From Carcharhinus longimanus (taxonomy: Eukaryota): DNA of 64,000 bases. Position numbers and translations under genes: made by a program. Shown here in pieces: positions 51,481 to 64,000 of the stretch. The notes under the pieces are model-generated. The model was given only the letters and a program-made list of their open reading frames with translations, did not search any database and was not told where the DNA came from. Where the stretch lies: positions 16,410,061 through 16,474,060 of the forward strand of contig JASCQW010000160.1 of assembly GCA_030264375.1 (NCBI GenBank), read 5' to 3'. Each line of letters begins with the position of its first letter. Position 1 is the first letter of the stretch.

Positions 51481-54400
51481 AATGTTATCCTTTAGTGATT
51501 TCAATGGAGACTGAAGTGGGGTTGGGTGTAAAACTATTGTGGCATGCAATCCTGTCAGTTTCCTGATGATTGAGTTAAAAAGTGCTCCCAATGCAGTTTC
51601 TCTGGAACGAGAATATTGAAGCCTTATGTCTTTGTAATCCACAGGCATGAATACCATGAAGCCTCTGGCCACATATCATTAATCTACATTTCTTTTGCTT
51701 CTTTGCACTTGTATTTCAAGTTGTTGTTGCTAACACACGTTGGTGTTGAGCTTTATCTACAAATGAAGCAAAAGTGTTTAAAATCTCAAGTGTCCTCAAA
51801 ACAGAATAAACCAGCAAATAAGAATTATATAAATAGGACAGAGTTACCAGAGTTCAGACTACATTTGGCCCATAGTCTGGTTCGCCTTGCTCTAGAATGT
51901 AGTTTGGACACTTGCAGGGGCAGTGTTAGATACTTCTCATTACTTACAAGCATATACAAACATGTTAGCTAGTGTTATTGGAAAGATGGTAAAACAAAAC
52001 GTAAAAATGTCACATTGTCACAAATACCACAAATATTTAGTTGCAGTGTGCACAATAAGCACAAGAGACTTACTCAAAAGTCCATGTTTCTAAATTACTT
52101 GCTGAGCTTTCCATTCTTCAGTTTACATACAAATCTTAGCAGATATTTTAAGACATGATTTGTGATATGTCTTGACACAACATCCAAAATGCAAAAATAT
52201 TCAAAATATAAACACACAGAAACATACTACCAGCTTAAGCAACACTGACATTCTTGAGAATGAATTGCAAAGCATCTCAAACATGATTCAAATCTTCCAT
52301 CTATTTTATATTTTTTAATCCATTTTTGTGTTCTACAATATATGATAATTCTGTTACTATCACTTCAGTCTAAGACAATCGGCGTGGTAATGAAGGGTGA
52401 TAAGGGAAACAGCTCCCAGTTCCTCCTCGTTCCAAAAACTTGCGTCAGAAAGTTGACATACATCAAGCAAAGCTTGTTCCCCCAGCTTCTGTTATGACCA
52501 ATACAGACACAAGCAATGTAAACTAGGCTATTTTAACCTAAGCAGTTCATGGCTGGAGCACCATCAGACTGTCAGACTACAAGTATTGTCTCACAAGTGG
52601 TGCATTTGGTTTATACAAGAGTTGACACATCAGAATATGGGGATAACTACTGTATACTGACATTATGAACTTCCTATGATACCAAGCTGATACGCCAGCT
52701 AGGGTATCAAAAAACCTGAAGGTTCTGATTTATGCTAGGGCTCAGCACTACAGCAACTAGATCTCCTGAAATGACGTGTGCCTGGTCACTGCACATTACT
52801 CTTGGTTAAGACTAACAGCAGACTGATCGTGGACAACATCACAGCATAACCAATCTTATCCTCAGCTGCCACCTACAAACATCTATTTTCCATTACAGGT
52901 TACTGGATGGTGATCAGGGGCAGCAAAATTACTTAATTTTTCCTCCTCAACAGAGATGTATTGTTGCCAATTGTAGCACCTTAATTATTCACCTAAGATC
53001 AACTACTTTTCCATAGACCAGAGGGCAAACCTGGGAGACCCTTAGCTTTCTGATCATCAAACACTAAAAATGATATTCAGATTGTCATTAATAGTCAGTT
53101 AGCTTAATAATATTGAGAAAAGTATAATGTGAGCCTAAAGGATACTTTCTCCTGAACAACTCAGCAAGACAAGTCAAGATTAAAATGTCATCATTTTGTG
53201 GCAGTTGTTTACTTTTGTTTTTGAAGTATAAATGTTTATACTTAACTTGCAGTGTTGTAATAAATAATTGCAAGCAGCTTCACCAACAGTGCCACAACTA
53301 CTGCAGAAAAACAACGTACCTTAAAGTACCTTTCTCTTCTGTTTGCAGGACAGGTTTAAAGTCTTGGAAGTACATGGTACAAGTGCCTCATAAACTTGAA
53401 AAGACTTGCTTTCGCTTCTATTAAATCTTATTGCACTCAGAACACAACATGGCTAATGTACAGACTACTTCAATTAAAAACAAGTCAGGTTAAAAACTCC
53501 TCCATAGCATTTTTCCTGTTAAAAGTAATTGATTATATGGTCAGAAGCAATAATCAAAAAGGGTTCAGAATCTAATAATCTAATTACAGGCTGGTTAGCA
53601 CAGTTGGCTGGAAGACTAACATGTGGTTCAGAATAATGCCAGCAGCATGAGCTTGATTTCTGATTCAGCTGAGGCAGTCTTGAGACTTATCTCCTTGACG
53701 TGCCGCCAGAGACTTGTAGGCAAACCAATACTGAGAAAAATGGTCAAGAAAATAGCTCAGGGTGAAGCACCAGCAGACAATGAAGTAAAGACATGCCTTC
53801 GGGCAGAGCATCCATACCATGCTGTACGTAGTCATTTGCAATCTAATGTAGGAATTTGTTTTATTTGAAGCTTGAAGAGCAGGAGTTACAAACACAGTTT
53901 AGATGATTTCATACAAGTGCATGTCACAAACACATAGTTCTGATATTACAGCTTTTTGTTAAGAAAAGCTAATCTTCCTTTTAAGTGGACAAGTCGTCTT
54001 AAGGATAGATGCCAAAGGTCACCTGACCTTTTTCTACTGCGATGTGGTCAATCTTTATAAGGCTCCAAGTAGACTGCAGGTAAACATGTCCAGACACAAG
54101 ACGACATTTGAAATTCAATTCCCATTTCCGCAACAGTAAACCAAAACTCACTGTGGCTTCTCTGGAAGTGTGAATATTGTTTTCTTACCTCCTTGGGAGA
54201 ATGGGAGTCAATTCAAGTTAAGGGCTAAGATATTTAAAAGGTTGATTTCCTCGGCTAATAAGACAATGGATGGGACTGTGCCCGTTATCTAATGCAGAAA
54301 CATGATCGACAGTTTGAGATAACAGCCATTTTAAACTTTGGAACTGTATAATGTCTGAGTGAGAATAGTCATGTTGTGTACAGGCTCCCAGGAAGAACTC

Positions 54401-54759
54401 TGAGAAACAACATTAGAGAGAGTTCTTGGTCAAGGAAGGACAAAGAGGAAGGTATTAAGAAATCAACTACTGTTCCAGCTCAAGAGTCCAGGCAATCTGC
54501 AAGTAATCTACATCTCTGAGTACTTACGGAAGTGGCCCTAGAAATACTAGATTCAGTGGTAGTCATCTTCCCAGATTCTATATACTTTGGAACAGTTTCT
54601 ATTGATTAGAGGGTACCTAATGTAACCCCACTATTTAAAAAGGGAGAGAAAATGAGTAATTAAGACCAGTCAGCCTGACATCAGGAGTGGGAACCAAATC
54701 CACTATTAAGCAAGTAGGAGTTAAGACCCCCAAGTTAGAAAAAGAAACAGCTGGCTGAA

Positions 54760-55257
54760 AATTCTGAATTCAGTCGAGAGTCAGAACAGGCAGCAGAAAC
54801 TGATTCAGAACCAAACTGCGTTACTTTAGCCAAAACAGAGCTGGAGAAGCTGAAAAATGAGATAGAGTTAAAGCCCAGGCAGAAAGGAAGGAAAGACAAG
54901 CACAAAAAAGGAAGTGAAAAACATAATCTCCAGCCATAGAAGTTGGAATTAGAGCTACAAGTACGGAGTGATAAAGACCAAATGCACCTTGATAATGATA
55001 GCCCAAATCCCTAGAACTCTAAAACAGGCCTCAAGGCTTTACAACTCTAAATTTATTCCCAAATCAAAGAGGACATTGACCGGCAACAGTTTACCTCAAA
55101 GTGTGGACTCTGATGATCCAGGGTCAGTTAACAGGAAAAGTCCAAGAGATCTCCACACTGGCCTCTGAGGTGATTGCTGGTCATAAACAGACTAAGGGTG
55201 CAATCCTGAGTGCTTATGAACTCGTGCCAGGGGCATATCATCAGAAATTCTGAAAGT
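54760..55257 (+). mobile_element. Gmr1-like Gypsy gag remnant
   Basis: Translates to KVWTLMIQGQLTGK and AILSAYELVPGAYHQKF*, motifs of SCAN-related Gypsy gag. Confidence 0.6.
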
Positions 55258-55775
55258 TTTTTTGTTTATTCGTGGGACATGGGCATCATTGGCTGGCCAG
55301 CATTTATTGCCGATCCCTAGTTGCTTAAGGGCAGTTGAGAATCAACTACATCGCTGTGGCTCTGCAGTCACATGTAGGCCAGACTGGGATGGCAGATTTC
55401 CTTCCCTAAAGGACATTAGTGAACCAGATGGATTTTTCCAATAATCGACAATGCTTTCATGGTTATCAGTAGACTCTTAATTCCAAATTTTTTTCATTAA
55501 ATTCAAATTCCACTATCTGTCGTGGTGGAATTTGAACCTCCGGGTCACTAGAACATGAGCGGAGTTTCTGGATTAATAGTCTAGNNNNNNNNNNNNNNNN
55601 NNNNNNNNNNNNNNNNNNNNNNNNNNNNNNNNNNNNNNNNNNNNNNNNNNNNNNNNNNNNNNNNNNNNNNNNNNNNNNNNNNNNCGTGGTGGAATTTGAA
55701 CCTCCGGGTCACTAGAACATGAGCTGAGTTTCTGGATTAATAGTCTAGTGATAATATCACTAGGACATTGCCTCC
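55258..55775 (-). mobile_element. tRNA-derived SINE (LINE tail + tRNA-like head), spanning an N gap
   Basis: ggccagcatttattgccgatccctagttgc fused to agggcagttgagaatcaac...ttccctaaaggacattagtgaacc...ggaatttgaacc. Confidence 0.8.
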
Positions 55776-58700
55776 CCTTCTGAAATATGGAATGCTTTTT
55801 ATATGGCCATGATCCCTGACTGGTTTCTAATCACTTGAAACCAGACAGTGTGTTACACGTTTGAATACACTCCCTGCCATTTTCTTTCCACTGATTTCCT
55901 TCTGTACCCCTCCATTTGTGAAATTCCTGACGCAAATTTTTAAATTTTCCTCTGCTATTGAACATCAACAACATAGAATATTACAGCACAAAAGGCTGCC
56001 ATTGGGTCCATTGTGAGATCCTCATTATCACTTGATAATAAATAATTTCCTATTCTGGTATCATGTAATAGCAGCAGGCCCAGTTTACATGCAGAGTAAG
56101 GATCTCTTTATACTGGTGTAATCATATACATTGTATCAAATTTCAGAAGCATTCCCACATTTGCAAATTTGCAGCACTTTGACATCTGGGCCCTGTAGTC
56201 ATTTGGTTGAGACTCACCAAATTGATTTTGCATTGGGTCTTTGCAGGAGGCGGCTTTCATTTATCATTCTGGGTTAGATTTAAAAGCAGTCCCTTGACAG
56301 AAAGAACTAAGGCACTAACCAGTTTCCTTGTGCATCAAGTGCAAGTTGGTGACACAACATCAAGACAGTAACAGTATCCATTGATAAGAAGATAGCAGTT
56401 TATTGGAAAACACTGCCATTTTGTTGGGTTATTCTATTCTTATGTAAACCTCCATAACCATAAGGAGCATGGAGTGATGCCAAGGCTGAAACTTAATTAA
56501 GTTTTGATATACAAGTATAAGGTTGCTGAAATAATTTATTTTTTCATCAAAAATTAAATCTTTGGAAGTCTTCTCTTGGACTTGTCATTGTTATACTGCA
56601 TGCTGGATATTTATGTCTCTCAGCAGGATCATGACTGTAATCAGATATTGTGCCAGGCAGCCATGCGAGTTAAGAACTTGTGTGAAATTCATCCTGACAC
56701 CATTTTATTTAAAAATAAATGTATTGTGCTCCTTCCTCTGGTAGATAAAATTAAGTGTCTACTTGTCACCTGAAAAAGGTTAAAAAAGTTGAGATAATCT
56801 TTTGAGATTCTATTGCTTTAGCCTGTTACAAGCTTTTGGGAATTCGACAGCTGAAAGCAGGAATTCACATGATTAATGCTGTCTGTGCTATTATTACTAC
56901 AGGCATTGGATAGGACAGTGGAGTCTATCAATGGTCTTTCTTCTTTGGTCTCAGCTAAGCCTCAACCTAACCCACAATAATCCAAGTCTCAGATTGTTGG
57001 TTATAAGGGGTCCACCCAAAATAAGCCCACAATACAAAAGTACCTATAATCAGCACAAGATCAAAATCTCATTTACATGGATAGTTAAATGTAATAGAAA
57101 TGTCAGGGTGATGCAGTAGTGGGTGCTTTAGTGAGACTAAGGCTAAAACATGCCATTTGAGTGCGAGAGAGAAAATTCTCCATTCTGTTCTTTAGCTTGA
57201 AGTGTACAAATGAAACTCAGTAACTGCTTCTGTAGTTTCAGGCATTGCACATTCAACATGTACTTTAAATGATCATTTCTGTAGATTATCTCTGCAGGTT
57301 AATGTAACTGAAAAACAAATACTGTAAACACTGGTGTATATTACATAGTGTCAGGTATATCCCTTGATGCTCCAACTAGAAGCATGTAACTTATATCAAA
57401 AGGACAATAATGAAACAAGAGAGAAAGTTATACATCAGACACATAAACCAGATATAAAGTCTGTTCAATGAAAGTTTTTCATTAATTATAAGATGTGAAA
57501 TTCTAGTCAGGAGTCAATTCAAATTAGAACAATTGACTTAAGGGAAAATTCTACCTGAGCTCAAGGAGAATCAAGTTAGAATTGGAGGTATGGATTGTAT
57601 GAATAGCCCAGCAGAATAGCAAATAGGACACTTGCATTGCAAACCTATGGTTACAGATTGGAGTTCCAGTACCTACTGCCAGTCCAATCTGCCAGCCACA
57701 TGTGCAATGGTTGTTTGTTCTCAACAGGGCCACAAGGTGGGACGGTGGAAAAACATCGTCCAACTCACCCCGCAGCAAGCACAACTCCTATCAACTGAAC
57801 ATGGAGAATCATCAGAAGAAGTCGTCAAAGAGAAGCCTGTGTTCCCGTCCGCCTCGCCCTCCAGGATTGAGGAGGATGTTTTGGGGTGAGTGGCCTTGGG
57901 GTGGGGGAGGGAAGGGAAGAAAAATGGAGGGCAAAAAATACATTTGAATTGAATTATTACAAATGACTGATATAAACAACAAGACTGCAGAAGATAAAAT
58001 GTTGAAGACCAACATAAACAGGGAGATTTACCGTCAAAGCCAGTTTAAAAACAATGCTTGTTTTTTTCAGTCAATGTCTGTAATATTTATTCTGTAGAAG
58101 GATCAGTTTGGTCTGAAACATTAACTTTGTGTCTCTCCACAGATGCTCTCAGACCTGAGTTTATTCAGCATTTTCTGTTTTTAGTTCGTATTTCCAACAT
58201 CTCCAGTATTCTGCCTTTAGCTGTAATATGTTTTTGCTCAAAAACGGACTCTTGGTGATACCTGAGTTTTCGGTCCAAGAGCGAAGGGAGCTTAGGGTGG
58301 GTTAACACAGTCTGAGTTAACCAGAGTTACTTTCACTAACTTGTTATTTTAAACAATTCAGCCCCTTCACACATCTGGACCTTGAAACTCCTCACGGCCA
58401 ATCGTTTCAGTGAGATCATTAGTACCAACTGTTCAACCAAAAGTGCAAGAGAAATTGACAGAAAAAAAAAACTGAAGTGAAAAGAGGTTTGAACATCCTT
58501 ACTTAAAATGCTCAACTGTTCCATCTTCATTTAATAGATATCCATAAAAATTATCCATGGTTTTAAAAATGAAAGATAACTCTACCTGGACAGAAATCTG
58601 ACAGTTTGTCTCCTACTCCTAGACCATTCCATAACATCAATAATAGATATGCTAAACAACTCCAATCACTGACAGATGTTCTAGAGCCACACCACTCCAG

Positions 58701-60276
58701 AATATCATTCAAGTATGGTATATTGTTTTAAATGTAGGTAAGAAAATACGTCAAAGTCCTCAGACTTTCTACCTCCATTTGACGTCAGTCCCAGTAAGAG
58801 CACAATTTTAAAAGACTATTAATGATGAGAACACATCATTTGCAGATCATGTCACATTGCAAGGCATATACTTCATCAATGAAGCATTCCCAGGCTTATA
58901 GGGTTGACAAAATTTAAAATAGGATGAAGTAAAGCTGTTGAAATACGGAGAGTTTGCTGAATGCAAAGATCTTAAAGTGTGAGGTTTATGAGGCAGGAGC
59001 TGGTCTCAGGCATTTTGACAGCCTAGGTGACAAGGTTCTTAGGTGGCTCATAATGTGACAAACAGGATTGTGTGTTCTGTAGAGAGGGTACCAGGGTGGT
59101 TCATTATTAATAGGAAAAGACTTCAGAGCAATGATAATTGCATACGAACCAGTGGAAATGTCCATCAACACCCCAGCAACTTGTAGGGTGTTATAAGGAG
59201 CCAAACAGTGATGATACCTGGCAACAACAGATGATTGGCGTGGTGTCAAAAGTAGCAGTTTGTATATTTTCATACTGTGTTACAGTTTCCTCATTTTTCA
59301 TACATAATAGATACCAGGCAATCTCCCTTATATGGCAATGTATATTGCCTGTTAATATTTTACCTCACAGGACTTGGTGGAAGCTGGTACCTGGTACTAT
59401 TTTATTAGGCTGTCATTACAAAAGTAAACAAAACTAGGAATGTAGTTTCAAGCCAGTTGAGCAATGCAGCTAAACATTATCCTTGAATTGCCAAATGGCA
59501 GTTCATAAATTAAACATTCTAAGAGCAACAATAAATTTAACTCCTCAAACCAAACTTATACCTGGTTGTCAGATGACTAGTCAAATGAAGAGAGGGCATC
59601 CTGCATTTTAATCGGATATTCGACTATGACAGCCACCATCTACAATCCAAATTTCCCTGTCCAAATCAACAATCCAATGAAGGCAGACCCAAGGTTTGTG
59701 GTGGTCCAAATAAACTCCCTAGATGTAAGAAGTACCTCAAAATGTTGTCCAGATGTAAAATGAAAAGGACCAAAAACACCTTCACAAAAATAAAAAATGA
59801 GACAAGGGGGTGGACTAAATCAAACGCCTTTCTGAATGTATTTGATGAAACATTGAAAAAAAAGTTAGAACCCAAGTTGATAATGGTGATCCAATACATG
59901 CCAGTTCCAAAACATTAAAATGTACTGACTTTTCTTCAATCCTAGTCTCAAAACTAACTGGATAAGTTTCAAACCCAGACACTCAAGTTCCCAAGAATCC
60001 AGCCTCTGGTCCAGAACTGAAGAGAATACTCATGTAATCTTTAAACATTGATGAAAGTTTCCTCCCTCCCTTTATATGTTTATAGTTGCAAATTTTTATC
60101 TTGTAAATCCTTTTTACAGGGAAACCACCAACACTGATTTATTGCAACTGCCTTTTGAACATCCCACACAGGTCTTGATTGCAAAATTTACAAATGATTA
60201 CAATTGTCAACTTTCAGAAGCATTATCCATTTCTAAACATAATCTGTCCGGTGAATTGACTTATGATGTAATTTTG

Positions 60277-60608
60277 TAGAATCCCTCCTGCGTAGAAAGA
60301 ATCCATCAGGCCCACTGACTCTGCGCCGACTCGACTGCATCCCACCCAGGACCTCACCTCTGCCCTATCCCCATAACCCTGTGCATTTACCACGACTAAT
60401 CCATCTAATCAACACATTTTTGACACTGAGGGGCAATTTATATGGTCAATTCACCTAACCTGCACATCTTTGGAGTATTGGTGGAAACTGGAACACCCAG
60501 AGGAAACTCACGGAGACACGGGGAGAACGTACAAACTCTACACAGTCACCCAAGACTGGAATTGAATCCAGGTCCTTAGTATTGTGCAGTAGCAGGGTTA
60601 ACCACTCT
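60277..60608 (-). mobile_element. HE1-like SINE
   Basis: tagaatccct tail; acctaacctgcacatctttgga; ggaattgaatccaggtcc. Confidence 0.85.
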
Positions 60609-61149
60609 TCTGTCCATTGTTTTCAAACAATAAAACTGTTTTATTGAAAACAATTCACAGTACTTCATAATCATGAAATTTAAATAGTGCTACTTTTAGT
60701 GTCTCTTGACTTGCATGAAGTGAGATGTTCCAAAATAGTTTGTGAAGTCTATGCAAGACTGCACTAAATATAATTGCTTGCTGTTCATATGCACATGATT
60801 CCCAAAGGCATAAACACAACTTTTTCTTACTTAAAGTCAGAAATTGCAATTTGAATTCTGTACAAATAGTTTAGTTGCACTATAACTGTTAATTCCAACC
60901 AATCCAGACTGCTACTTATACAAGAAATTAAACCAAAACACTCCCTTCATTGAACCAAATCTCTCCTCCTAAGGATGAATGAAGCCAGCAAGATAGATGA
61001 GATTCACTCCAAAAGACCATCTATCATTGATTAATTTAGGCAGTAGTTGCTTTATACGTAACAATTACATTTAAAGTTGGCCTTGTTTGCAGACTGAGCT
61101 ATTTCTTCATATCACATTAAAATATGCACTACTGATTTACTTGTAATCT

Positions 61150-61455
61150 GGGGTGACATTACAGAGCAGCTTTGCACTGTTGGACGATGCATTAAACTGG
61201 GATCTTGACTGCCCCCTCAGATGGATATTCATGATTTTATTTCACTACATGAAGAAAAGCATGAGCTCTTCTGGTTTCCTTGCCAAAACTCAGGTCTCAA
61301 CCAGCATCAGAAAAAACAAATTGTTTGGTCATTTATCTCACTGCTGTTTATGGGACCTATACAAATTGGTTATGTTTCTCAACAGTCACTACATTTCCAA
61401 AGTATATTATGATGCCCCAAAGACACGAAAGGTGCTATATAAATAAAATTCTTTT
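61150..61455 (+). mobile_element. Deu-domain SINE (SacSINE1/AmnSINE1-like), old copy
   Basis: ctcaaccagcatc...tggtcatttatctcactgctgtttatggga...aacagtcactaca...aaggtgctatataaat, resembling the recalled DeuSINE body and L2-type tail. Confidence 0.55.
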
Positions 61456-62339
61456 CTAGTTGCCAAAAAAATCAATATCTTCTTGATTTGATTTAAAACC
61501 ATGAAAGCAACAGATTTAATGAAATTAGCAGGTTTTGACAGAAGAGACAAAATAGGATTGGAAACTACACTTCAAGTGACTGCATGTACTTTGCTTCCAT
61601 TCACTTCCTTCACTCACTGTCTAGTCTATTATTAGGGAGAAATTGACCATTTGTCTATTCGTGGACAACAGTGTCCTTTGGGTGAAATCAGAAATGCGGC
61701 AAGTGGGAGGCTGCTCTGATGACCTTCCATTGTGCAACACAACATATTCAAGCTCTAACACGCATGCATGGTGCTAAAGATTGACTGAAACTTTACGAGA
61801 GAACTCAAATACATTATAAGGGGTCACTGAATTCTACCTATTGCAAATGGAGTGAAAAGATGTTATGCAAGATAACACCACCTGGTTAAAACAAAGCAGT
61901 AAAGGAAATTCTTTAATCATTTGATTCAATTTTATGACTTTTTAATCTGGAAAAGGATTCCATTTTCCTCTTTGTGTAAATACACGGTACTTTGTGTAGT
62001 GAATCTTCTTCAATAAGGTACTTACTGATACAGGAGTCATATCCAAAAGTCAGAAGATAATGATGTATAAAATTGGATGCATCACCTAGATACATTTACA
62101 GGATGTACTTGAAAAAGTTCCATGGGTGGCGCTTTCAGTGATGATCAGGGATCATACAATGAGAGGGGGAGGAAAGTCGTAAGTTGCAATTCAAGGTTTT
62201 ATTCTAAGTCCTCTGTTTACATTATTTGTAAGTGAATTGGAGAAAAGGGACATCCAGTAATATTAAGTGCTTAATGTTACCAAGCCAGGAGACTAATAAG
62301 GGGAAGTTGTTAATATTGAGAAACATGCAAAAGATGGGC

Positions 62340-63800
62340 AACAGAAAGACCCACAACATATGCATCTAGGACCCTCTCAGATGCCGAACAGAGGTTCTCA
62401 CAAATTGAGAAAGAGGGATTGATGGTTATCTTTTGCATTTAAAAAATCATCAGTACGTTATGGTAGGCACTTTACAATTGTGACAGATCACAAACCTCTA
62501 CCTGGACTATTCAAATAGGATGAGGCTATTCCCTCTATTGCTTCCATCCAGAAACATCGTTGCGCTCTGCCACTTGCTGCTTACAAATTCCTTTTAGAGC
62601 ATTACTCCTGGACCCGAATTGCCAATGCTTTGTAACCTTCCACTGCCTGTGAGTCCTGCTCCTCCACTGGATTACTTTAAATCTTTAAAGAGGCCCTACT
62701 GATATCTGGAAATCAGATTAAGACCCGGACTCAGAGACCCAACTTTATCACAAGTGAAGCACATGATCTTGAATGGCAAACTCCAAGGATGATTCGCGGA
62801 AGATTTGAAGCCCTAACTGATTGAGAAGGATGGGCTCAGTGTGGAATAAACCTTTGGGGTCCTAAGTGATTGTCCATCATCCAGGATGGTGCCCAACAAT
62901 ATTTAAGGAATTATATAGTGGCCACTCTGGAATACTGAAAATGAAAATGCTGGCCTGGAGCTATGTCTGGTGGTCTGGCCTTAACTCAGAAATCAGTAAG
63001 ACTGTGGGATGTATGCCAAGAGAATCAAAAGCTTCTTCCTTCAGCCTCTTTGCAGCCATGGAAATGGTCAGGCAGGCCATGAGTGAGAGTGCACATGGAT
63101 CTTGCAGGATCTTTTAAGGCTCCATGTTTTTGAACCTGGTAGGTGCACACTCTAAAATTCTACGACTTTGCATGCTGCAATGGAGAAGCTAAGGGATTCT
63201 ATAAAAGATTCTATGTTAAGACAGTACTTTCGTATACATGGCAATAGTCTGGTGTCCGACAATGGCACTGCCTTTATCAGTAGCAAATTCCAAAAATTCA
63301 TGCTTTCTAATGGCATCAAACATGTTAAAATGGCATCTTACCACCCATCCTCAAATGGGCTGGCAGAATGGGCGGTGCAAACTTTTAAAACTGGCATGAA
63401 GAAATTGCCTCCGGCACCTATAGGGACCAAATTGGCACAATTCTTATTCAATTATATAGCCATCCAACACACTATGACATGAATCAGTCCAGCAGAACTT
63501 CGGCTTCGTACGAGACTCAGTCTATTATTCCCAAATCTGGTGGAGAGGGTGGAATCTCGGCAAAAGAACCAGAAAGAAATTCCAACTCTGCAAGAGCACA
63601 GAAGGTATTTGAAATAAGTGATCTGTTCTACATGAGGAATGCTGGTGTGGTTCTGGCTGGGTTCCAGGGATCATAATAAAGAAATGGAGCCAGTGTCCTA
63701 CGAAGTGAAGGTCCAAGACAAGGTCGTGAAAATCTAAGACAAGGTCGTGAAAAGAACACCTATACACCTGAGCAGGGAGTCTGGCTTAGAAAAGACTTTC
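62340..63800 (+). mobile_element. Degenerate Ty3/Gypsy pol (RNase H, integrase zinc finger and core)
   Basis: RTLSDAEQRFSQIEKEGL, GRHFTIVTDHKPL, HSGILKMKMLAWSYVWWSGL, VSDNGTAF...YHPSSNGLAEWAVQTFK; multiple stops and frameshifts. Confidence 0.92.
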
Positions 63801-64000
63801 CTACCAGCCATGGAGGTGGCCACCATCAGTTTAGGACAACAGTTCAAGGCTAACCCAGAGCTTGCTCTTCCAGACGGCTAAGAAACAGACTCAGATGGAA
63901 GTTGAGGAAGCAGTTGCCCCGAGTGAAACAAACCCTGAAGAGGAACCTGACCAGTGACACTTTGGCGTTCCCTCTAAAAATCAAAGTCTCCAATTAGATT

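Noticed and set aside
54189-54191. Possible 3-nt microexon ctcccaag|GAG|gtaaga
   Set aside because: AAG acceptor with a short pyrimidine tract and no homology support; indistinguishable from chance
63715-63753. 21-bp tandem duplication (aagacaaggtcgtgaaaa) in the Gypsy pol tail; also a 14-bp x3 repeat at ~36837-36874
   Set aside because: Ordinary slippage duplications in neutral sequence

Overview
Eukaryotic (vertebrate) genomic DNA, most likely a shark: the repeats look like HE1-type SINEs, CR1/L2/Rex1 LINEs and a Deu-domain SINE, and the draft assembly has N gaps. The window is dominated by the 3' three-quarters of a minus-strand GRAMD1B (Aster-B, ER-plasma membrane cholesterol transporter) gene. 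I reconstructed 17 GT-AG coding exons (50622 to 11471; 1947 nt = 648 aa + stop) covering the GRAM domain, VASt/ASTER domain, TM helix and luminal helix; all phases join in frame. These include a 12-nt microexon (ICLS) inside the TM helix that the ORF track cannot show. The N-terminal exons were not found and probably lie beyond 64000. A long, repeat-poor putative 3'UTR runs to about 5075, where a perfect RFX X-box and a chain of well-formed minus-strand exons suggest a second, unannotated transcript. Introns hold decayed retroelements. One is an apparently ORF1-less LINE with a tRNA-like (Pol III B-box) 5' head, whose head and tail fused together form a local SINE family. No prokaryotic systems, CRISPR arrays or true tRNA/rRNA genes are supported. 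Repeat boundaries are approximate; family names and comparisons to human GRAMD1B are from recall, not searches.
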